The notes under the pieces: generated by a model
Told to the model about the DNA's origin: nothing
What the model saw: only the letters and a program-made list of their open reading frames with translations
The model's database searches: none
Part shown: positions 42,069 to 48,697 of the stretch, in pieces
How positions within the stretch are numbered: position 1 is the first letter of the stretch
Layout of the letters: every line of letters starts with the position of its first letter
Program-made: the position numbers and the translations under genes
DNA from: Candidatus Avispirillum sp.
Lineage (GTDB): Bacteria; Bacillota; Clostridia; Oscillospirales; CAG-272
Length of the DNA: 48,697 nucleotides
Direction: 5' to 3'
NCBI GenBank assembly: GCA_045641325.1
Contig: JAZUGU010000100.1
Coordinates: forward strand, 1 to 48,697

Positions 42069-42836
42069 TTGGAAAAGGTAATAAACGGGCTGAAAATAGC
42101 ATATAACGACACAGGCTCCGGCGAGGTCATCTTCCTGCTCCATGGATGGGGCTCGAAAAAAGAGCTGTTCGCTCCTGTAACGGCTGCCATGTCCGAAAAG
42201 TACCGCACGGTAGCTTTTGATCTGCCCGGCTTCGGCGGGTCCGATGAGCCGCCGGAAGTGTGGGATGTGGATGCTTTCGCGGATCTCTGCATCAGTTTCA
42301 TTGAGTCCTTCGACGAAAAAAAGGTCATTCTGCTGGGACATTCCTACGGCGGCAGAGTTATTATAAAAATGGCATCCCGCAAAGAACTGCCTTTCGAAAT
42401 ATCGAGGATTATTCTCGTGGATTCTGCGGGAGTTATGCCGAAACGTGGTCTTTCGTATAAAATACGTGTGAAAACGTATAAGCTCGGCAACAAGATCCTT
42501 TCCACACCTCCCATGAAGAAGCTTTTTCCCGATGCCGTGGAAAACAGAAGAAAGAAAAAGGGAAGTGCCGATTATTCCGCAGCATCTCCCATTATGAGAG
42601 GCTGTCTGGTTAAGGCTGTCAATGAGGATCTTACCTCACTTCTTCCATGTATCCCCTATGAAACCCTGCTGATATGGGGAACAGCCGATGATGCAACGCC
42701 TGTCAGCGACGGTGAAACAATGGAAAAGCTTATGCCTGATGCAGGCCTTGCCAAAATACAGGGCGCGGGGCACTTTTCGTGGCTTGACAACCCTGCAACT
42801 TTTGATGCAATAATTCGTTCTTTTCTGAAAATATAA
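42069..42836 (+). CDS. Alpha/beta-fold serine hydrolase
   Basis: LHGWG, FDLPGFG, nucleophile elbow GHSYGG, IWGTADDATP, GAGHFSW. Start moved to TTG 42069 (GGAGG 6 nt upstream); the ORF-track start lies inside the promoter. Confidence 0.88.
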   Translation: MEKVINGLKIAYNDTGSGEVIFLLHGWGSKKELFAPVTAAMSEKYRTVAFDLPGFGGSDEPPEVWDVDAFADLCISFIESFDEKKVILLGHSYGGRVIIKMASRKELPFEISRIILVDSAGVMPKRGLSYKIRVKTYKLGNKILSTPPMKKLFPDAVENRRKKKGSADYSAASPIMRGCLVKAVNEDLTSLLPCIPYETLLIWGTADDATPVSDGETMEKLMPDAGLAKIQGAGHFSWLDNPATFDAIIRSFLKI

Positions 42837-42845
42837 GGAGAACTT

Positions 42846-44426
42846 ATGGAGCTCATATTATTTGCCGTTTCCACAGCACTGTTTCTGTGGGCCTGCGTGA
42901 TGTCATTTACAAAGCAGACACATATGTTTCAGCTCAATTCGTATGATGCCGCAACACACTTAAAATGGCTTGCGAAAAATCCCTATCACATAGTATCCAA
43001 TATATTTGCTCTTGCGTTTCTGGCAATAGCAGTATTTTCAGATATCATATTCGATCTTCCTGCCAAGGTATCTGCAGTTCTTCATATTGCATCTGCGCTT
43101 GCATTCTTCCTGTTTGCTCTGTCTAATTCACAGAAAACAGCAGAAAAAACTCCTCTTGTCTATACTGCCAGAGTCAAAAGACTTATGGTCACGTTTCTCA
43201 TTATCTGTGTGATCGCGGCTGGCGCGGACTGGTATCTGTGGTTTGCCGGCTACGAGTTCATCGCTTACGTTGTTCTTTTCTCCGTGTATGCTCTCCTGCC
43301 GGTCATTCTTCTGATTTCAAATCTGATCAATGCTCCCATAGAGCATGCAGTCAAAAGATATTATCTGAACGATGCATTGAAAATGCTCAGATCCTGCCCG
43401 GATATGACCGTTGTCGGAATAACCGGCAGCTACGGAAAGACCTCGATGAAGCATTTTCTGTCAACGATACTTGAACAGAAATATAACGTGCTCATCCCCC
43501 CGAAGAATTATAATACCCCCATGGGTATCGTCAAAACCGTCAGAAGCGAACTGAGAGGCTATCACGAAGTGTTCGTGTGCGAAATGGGAGCAAAGAAGGT
43601 CGGAGAGATCAAGGAGCTTTGCGATATAGTATCTCCGAAATACGGTATTATCACGTCCATCGGCCCCCAGCACCTTGAATCGTTCAAAAGCATTGATAAC
43701 ATTATAAAGACCAAATTCGAGCTTGCAGATAACCTTAACGGCGGCAAGCTGTTCGTCAATCTCGATAACGAGTATATAAGAGAGAAAAAGCCGGAAAATG
43801 CCGTGACCTACGGTCAGGCTGAAGACGCTGATTACAGAGGCACCGATATATCCGTGTCAAGAGACGGAACGAGCTTTACAGTAGTGTATCCGGACGGGGC
43901 GGCACATAAATTCGAAACCGTTCTTATCGGCGCTCATAACGTCACAAACCTCTGCGGTGCGATCGCCATGGCAAAAGAACTCGGTGTCGATGATGAGGAT
44001 ATCGAAACGGGTATCATGAAGATAACTCCCGTTCCTCACCGTCTCGAGCTCAGCAGAAATGGCGGCATCACCATTATAGACGATGCATACAATTCAAATC
44101 CCAACGGCTGCAGAGCGGCACTTGACACCCTCGGCTATTTTGATTACAAGATCATCGTGACGCCCGGTATGGTTGAGCTCGGTGAAAAAGAAGAAGAGCT
44201 TAACCGTGAATTCGGTACGGAAGCCGCAGCTGTATGCGATTTTGTCATCCTTGTGGGAGAAAAGCAGACGAGACCTATCCTTGCAGGTCTTCACGATGCC
44301 GGATATCCCGATGAAAAGATATACGTAGCGGAGAGCCTTAACGACGCTATGCAAAAAGTATATTCTATTGAGACAGACCGTGAAAAGTGCGTTCTGCTTG
44401 AAAACGATCTGCCGGATAATTATTGA
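42846..44426 (+). CDS. murF: UDP-N-acetylmuramoyl-tripeptide--D-alanyl-D-alanine ligase with an N-terminal multi-TM extension
   Basis: VGITGSYGKTSMK, NYNTPMG, EMGA, GPQHLE, GAHNVTN, IIDDAYNSNPNG, TPGMVELG; the first ~160 aa are hydrophobic. Confidence 0.88.
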   Translation: MELILFAVSTALFLWACVMSFTKQTHMFQLNSYDAATHLKWLAKNPYHIVSNIFALAFLAIAVFSDIIFDLPAKVSAVLHIASALAFFLFALSNSQKTAEKTPLVYTARVKRLMVTFLIICVIAAGADWYLWFAGYEFIAYVVLFSVYALLPVILLISNLINAPIEHAVKRYYLNDALKMLRSCPDMTVVGITGSYGKTSMKHFLSTILEQKYNVLIPPKNYNTPMGIVKTVRSELRGYHEVFVCEMGAKKVGEIKELCDIVSPKYGIITSIGPQHLESFKSIDNIIKTKFELADNLNGGKLFVNLDNEYIREKKPENAVTYGQAEDADYRGTDISVSRDGTSFTVVYPDGAAHKFETVLIGAHNVTNLCGAIAMAKELGVDDEDIETGIMKITPVPHRLELSRNGGITIIDDAYNSNPNGCRAALDTLGYFDYKIIVTPGMVELGEKEEELNREFGTEAAAVCDFVILVGEKQTRPILAGLHDAGYPDEKIYVAESLNDAMQKVYSIETDREKCVLLENDLPDNY

Positions 44427-44439
44427 TATTGGAGGCTGT

Positions 44440-45639
44440 ATGAAAACAAAACTTGCCGTTCTTTTCGGCGGAAAAAGCGTGGAGCATGAGATATCCGTCA
44501 TTTCCGCTCTCCAGGCTATGGAAAATCTCGATCTTGAAAAATACGATCTTATTCCCGTTTATATTTCCAAGAACGGAGATATGTACACGGGAAAGGATCT
44601 TACCTTGTCCGAATCATACCGTGATATCCCGACTCTCCTGAAGAATGCCGTAAAAATCACGTTCGTTTCCGATAACGGAAAAGTGTTCATTGTCCGTTAT
44701 CCCGGTAAAAAGTTCGGTAATAACGTTATTTCCGAGGTTGATGTGGCATTCCCCATCGTCCACGGAACAAACGTAGAGGACGGAGCGCTTCAGGGATTTC
44801 TCAGGACTCTCGGTCTTCCTTTCGTCGGATGCGATGTGCTGGCTTCTGCCGTAGGCATGGATAAATACGTTATGAAATCCGTTCTGCGTGACGGCGGTTT
44901 CCCCGTGCTTGACAGCATGAGACTGAACGGAAAAATCATCAAGCATAAGGAATGCGTTGAAGCGATCGAGGGCAAATTTGATTATCCCGTTATCGTGAAG
45001 CCCGTAAACCTCGGTTCAAGTGTGGGCATATCCGTTGCTCACGACAGAGAATCTCTTGAAAAATCACTTACCGATGCGCTGAACTACGCGGATACCATCC
45101 TCGTTGAAAGAGCAATTGTCAATCTCCGCGAGATCAACTGCTCCGTTGTCGGGGACCCTTCATTCGCAGAGGCATCGGAGTGTGAAGAGCCCTTTATGTG
45201 TGACGAGATCCTCAGCTATCAGGATAAGTATATGAGCGGCGGCTCCAAAGGCTCGAAATCCGGCGGCTCCAAGGGAATGGCAAGCCTTAAGAGAAAGGTC
45301 CCTGCCGATATTTCCCCCGAACTTCGTGAGAGAATAAGAAAGATGGCTGTCGATTCTTTCCGCTGGCTCGGATGCTGCGGCGTTTCCCGCATTGATTTCA
45401 TGATAGACGCAGATACGGATGAGCTCTACATAAACGAGTTCAATACTATCCCCGGCTCACTTTCTTTCTATCTCTGGAAGCCTCTGGGCATAGAATATAA
45501 AGAACTTCTCGATAAGCTCATCTCTCTTGCGTTCAAACGTAAAAGGGAAGCCTCCGAAATCACTTTCTCATTCGATACCAACATCCTCGCCATGGGTGCT
45601 CCTACCGGCGCAAAAGGATCCAAAGGAGCAAAGAATTAA
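44440..45639 (+). CDS. ddl: D-alanine--D-alanine ligase
   Basis: LFGGKSVEHEIS, PIVHGTNVEDGALQG, GMDKYVMK, VKPVNLGSSVGI, REINC, SRIDF, NEFNTIPGS. Start moved to ATG 44440 (GGAGG). Confidence 0.93.
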   Translation: MKTKLAVLFGGKSVEHEISVISALQAMENLDLEKYDLIPVYISKNGDMYTGKDLTLSESYRDIPTLLKNAVKITFVSDNGKVFIVRYPGKKFGNNVISEVDVAFPIVHGTNVEDGALQGFLRTLGLPFVGCDVLASAVGMDKYVMKSVLRDGGFPVLDSMRLNGKIIKHKECVEAIEGKFDYPVIVKPVNLGSSVGISVAHDRESLEKSLTDALNYADTILVERAIVNLREINCSVVGDPSFAEASECEEPFMCDEILSYQDKYMSGGSKGSKSGGSKGMASLKRKVPADISPELRERIRKMAVDSFRWLGCCGVSRIDFMIDADTDELYINEFNTIPGSLSFYLWKPLGIEYKELLDKLISLAFKRKREASEITFSFDTNILAMGAPTGAKGSKGAKN

Positions 45640-45648
45640 GGAGAAATC

Positions 45649-46362
45649 ATGTTAAGGATCGAACATTTAACAAAAAAATACGGAGAGAAAAAGGCCGTAG
45701 ACGACATCTCTCTCCACATTCTTCCCGGTGAGATATACGGCTTTATAGGCCATAACGGAGCAGGAAAGACCACTACCATTAAATCAGTCTGCGGTATCCT
45801 CGGATTTGAAAACGGCGATATATATATCGACGGCGTTTCAATAAAGGATGACCCTATCACCTGTAAGAAAAAGATCGCATATATTCCCGACAACCCCGAT
45901 CTCTATGAGTTTATGACGGGAATTAAATACCTCAATTTCATCGCCGACATTTTCGGCGTCGGTGCCAAAGAGAGAAACGAGCGTATCATGAAATACGCCG
46001 AGCTATTCCAGATAACGGATAACCTTTCCTCTCCCATTTCGTCTTATTCTCACGGTATGAAGCAGAAGCTCGCCGTTATTTCCGCACTTATACATGAGCC
46101 CCGCCTTATTATCATGGACGAGCCTTTTGTAGGCCTCGATCCCAAGGCATCTCACAGCCTTAAAGAAATGATGCGTGAGATGTGCAACAACGGCTGCTCC
46201 ATATTCTTTTCCACCCACGTGCTCGAAGTCGCAGAGAAACTCTGCGATAAGATAGCCATTATCAAGGACGGTAAGCTCATCAAGTCCGGCACTATGGAAG
46301 AAGTCAAGGGTGACGAAAGCCTTGAGGAGGTATTCCTGGAACTGGAGGACGACAATGCTTAA
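45649..46362 (+). CDS. ABC transporter ATP-binding protein (export type)
   Basis: Walker A GHNGAGKTT, signature SYSHGMKQK, Walker B IIMDEP, H-loop STH. Confidence 0.92.
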   Translation: MLRIEHLTKKYGEKKAVDDISLHILPGEIYGFIGHNGAGKTTTIKSVCGILGFENGDIYIDGVSIKDDPITCKKKIAYIPDNPDLYEFMTGIKYLNFIADIFGVGAKERNERIMKYAELFQITDNLSSPISSYSHGMKQKLAVISALIHEPRLIIMDEPFVGLDPKASHSLKEMMREMCNNGCSIFFSTHVLEVAEKLCDKIAIIKDGKLIKSGTMEEVKGDESLEEVFLELEDDNA

Positions 46363-47950
46363 AGCTCTGTTCAGAAAGCAGATGTCGGAAATCGGCGCGT
46401 TCATGTTTACCAACGTGAAGACGGGAAAGCGCCGTTCAAGTGCGGGTATTGCTGGGTATGCCGTTCTTATGGTATTCCTTGCCATAACGCTGATGTTTAC
46501 CTTCGGCATGATAGCTTTCACCATCGTTCCTCTTTGCGAAGTCGGTCTCACATGGTACTATTTTGGTATCATGACTCTTGTAGCCATCGCTTTCGGCGTT
46601 CTCGGAAGTGTGTTCACCACATATTCCGGGCTGTACCTTGCCAAAGATAACGAACTGCTCCTGTCAATGCCCGTAAAACCCATGTATATCCTTTTCGTAA
46701 GGATGTCCGGCGTTTACATTATGGGCCTGATTTACAGCGCAGTCGTTATGATTCCCGCACTTTTCGCATATTTCACAGAGGCGCCCCAGACCGTACTGAC
46801 AGTCATCTTCTCGGTAATGCTGATATTTATAGTATCCTTTATCGTTCTGGTGCTTTCGTGCGTCCTTGGGTGGGTAGTGGCACAGATCGCATCGAGACTG
46901 AAAAACAAGAGTATGATAACAGTCATCATATCTCTTTCGTTTATCGCCGCATATTATTACTTCTACAGTAAGGCTATCAACCTTTTAAGTTCTCTGGTTG
47001 AGAACGGCGCACAGTCTGCAGAGGCGTTCCGCAAATGGGGATACGTTTTCACAGTCCTCGGTAAAGCCGCTGAGGGTAACGTTATTGCATTTGCATTAGC
47101 TCTCAACGGGTCTTTGGCGCTCGTCCTGCTCTGTCTGTACGTGCTTTCTCTGGGTTTCACGAAGCTTGCGACAATGAACCCCGGTTCCGCAAAAAAGAAA
47201 AAGCTGAAGATATCGGATAAAAGCGGAAGCATCGGAAAAGCACTGCTGGGGAAAGAAATCAAAAGATTCACCTCCAGCGCCAACTATATGCTCAACTGCG
47301 GTCTCGGCATCGTATTTTCTCTGGTGATCGCAGTCGCCGCTCTCATAAAAACCAATACCGTGAGAACCGTGGCATTTTCCTTGTTTTCCGGTGGATATGA
47401 GGATCTGTTCGCACTGATAATATGCGCCGCATCGTGTATGATGGCAGCGACTGTTGATATCACTGCTCCCTCTGTTTCTCTTGAAGGAAAGAATATATGG
47501 ATCGCGCAGTCTCTCCCCATTGATTTCTACGAGATTCTTAAAGCAAAGCTTTCCGTGCACCTTATTTTCGGACTTATACCCACTGTATTGTGTACCGTAG
47601 CTCTTCTGTTCGTTTTCATGGTTGATATCGCTTCGTCTCTTGTGACCATCGCATCGGTGATACTGTTCACGGTCCTCTGTGCGGAATTCGGACTGTTCAT
47701 AAATTTGAAACTGCCCAATCTCAACTGGACCAACGAAGTGGCTCCCATAAAGCAGAGCGCTGCCGTAGGAATTGCACTTTTCGGCGGATGGGGAGTTGTT
47801 GTAGTGCTCGGCGTTTTGTATTATCTTATCAGCTCTTACGTTTCAGCATTCTTTTACCTGTGCGCCGTGTCTGCCGTATTTGCGGTGCTTACGGTCATCC
47901 TCAATATATGGCTCAGAAATAAAGGCAGCAGAATATTTGCAAGTCTTTGA
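46355..47950 (+). CDS. ABC-2-type exporter permease (long, about 12 TM)
   Basis: Highly hydrophobic; KDNELLLSMPV and SVSLEGKNIWIAQSLP motifs. Start moved to ATG 46355 (GGAGG; overlaps the ATPase). Confidence 0.8.
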   Translation: MLKALFRKQMSEIGAFMFTNVKTGKRRSSAGIAGYAVLMVFLAITLMFTFGMIAFTIVPLCEVGLTWYYFGIMTLVAIAFGVLGSVFTTYSGLYLAKDNELLLSMPVKPMYILFVRMSGVYIMGLIYSAVVMIPALFAYFTEAPQTVLTVIFSVMLIFIVSFIVLVLSCVLGWVVAQIASRLKNKSMITVIISLSFIAAYYYFYSKAINLLSSLVENGAQSAEAFRKWGYVFTVLGKAAEGNVIAFALALNGSLALVLLCLYVLSLGFTKLATMNPGSAKKKKLKISDKSGSIGKALLGKEIKRFTSSANYMLNCGLGIVFSLVIAVAALIKTNTVRTVAFSLFSGGYEDLFALIICAASCMMAATVDITAPSVSLEGKNIWIAQSLPIDFYEILKAKLSVHLIFGLIPTVLCTVALLFVFMVDIASSLVTIASVILFTVLCAEFGLFINLKLPNLNWTNEVAPIKQSAAVGIALFGGWGVVVVLGVLYYLISSYVSAFFYLCAVSAVFAVLTVILNIWLRNKGSRIFASL

Positions 47951-47970
47951 CCAGAAAGGCAGCTCGGGAT

Positions 47971-48697
47971 ATGTCATATTCTTTAACAGTACTCACCCCG
48001 TTGTACAATCGCCCCGAATTCATAGATAAGCTGTACGAAAGCCTCAGTGCACAGACTCTGAAAGATTTTCAGTGGCTCGTTATCGATGACGGAAGCAGGG
48101 AATCGGCTGAAGTTAAGTTCCGTGAGCTTTCGGAGAACGCTCCGTTCTGTATTGAGTATCACTATAAAGAAAACGGCGGAAAGCATACTGCGCTGAACTA
48201 TTCTCATCCGTATATCAAGTCGGATTTCGTGCTTATCCTCGACAGCGATGATACGCTGACACCGGATGCAGTTGAAACGGTAAAGAAATATACCGATAAA
48301 TACTGCGATAATAAGGATATAGGCGTTATCAGCTTCCAGCGCGGGACCGATGCGGAGCATCCTCTCGTCGATTATTCGAAAGATGAAGAAGTATCCGACC
48401 ACATAACTTACAGGCTCAACGGAAACCGTCCGGGGGACAGCTGTGAGGTCATACGGACAGAAGTTTTGAAAGAGTATCCTTTTCCCGTGTTTCCCGGCGA
48501 ACGTTTCCTTGTTGAAACTCATCTTTGGGTGTCAACCGCCGAAAAATATAAGACCGTCTACGTGAAAAAAGTCATATACCTCAACGATTACCAGGAGGGC
48601 GGACTTACAGACAGCGGCCACGGCATGAGGCGAAAGTGCCCGCTTGGCGGAATGTATTCCCAGCGTCTGGAACTTGACGGCAGGTTCAATCTGAAGA
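47971..48697 (+). CDS. Glycosyltransferase family 2 (3'-partial)
   Basis: Absent from the ORF track because it has no stop in the window. Translated by hand: MSYSLTVLTPLYNRPEFIDKLYESL..Q...FQWLVIDDGS...ENGGKHTALN...LILDSDD...; open to the window end. Confidence 0.88.
   Translation, partial: MSYSLTVLTPLYNRPEFIDKLYESLSAQTLKDFQWLVIDDGSRESAEVKFRELSENAPFCIEYHYKENGGKHTALNYSHPYIKSDFVLILDSDDTLTPDAVETVKKYTDKYCDNKDIGVISFQRGTDAEHPLVDYSKDEEVSDHITYRLNGNRPGDSCEVIRTEVLKEYPFPVFPGERFLVETHLWVSTAEKYKTVYVKKVIYLNDYQEGGLTDSGHGMRRKCPLGGMYSQRLELDGRFNLK

Noticed and set aside
44440-45639. ddl as a Van-type glycopeptide-resistance ligase
   Set aside because: No vanH/X/Y/R/S neighbours, the omega-loop KY tyrosine is retained, and the context is housekeeping murF.
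1-48697. CRISPR arrays, tRNA/rRNA, riboswitches, IS elements, prophage or integrase genes
   Set aside because: No spaced identical DNA repeats, all intergenic gaps are short and explained by promoters/terminators, and no mobile-element protein motifs were seen.

Overview
Chromosomal segment of an endospore-forming Bacillota, most likely class Clostridia (inferred from the spoIIIAA-AH operon, dockerins, sigma-A-like promoters and GGAGG ribosome-binding sites). It holds about 35 CDSs and no rRNA, tRNA, CRISPR, transposase, integrase or phage genes that I can recognise. In order: (1) the 3' end of a repeat-rich dockerin protein; (2) a 4421-aa secreted, putatively sortase-anchored protein (Calx-beta domains, long unassigned core, 11-repeat stalk), followed without a visible promoter by GH116 and GH36 glycosidases and an AIM24/TIGR00266 gene; (3) on the minus strand rpmE-hflX-yigZ and a lipoprotein; (4) pepD-galM-HAD-DUF2500-like; (5) spoIIIAA-AH and dacF; (6) a secreted CotH-kinase-dockerin protein with a consensus sigma-A promoter; (7) pgi, a small P-loop protein, nnr, ybaK; (8) a divergent cell-wall locus, with a G5-3D protein and a beta-lactamase-fold serine hydrolase on one side and alpha/beta hydrolase-membrane-anchored murF-ddl-ABC exporter-GT2 (partial) on the other. 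Best leads: the giant adhesin plus glycosidase unit, the dockerin-borne CotH kinase, the hydrolase/TM-MurF/Ddl module with a repeated palindrome at its divergent promoters, and hflX placed directly behind the rpmE terminator. All family calls come from motif recognition by eye; no database search was run. Several start codons were moved from the ORF track using RBS evidence.
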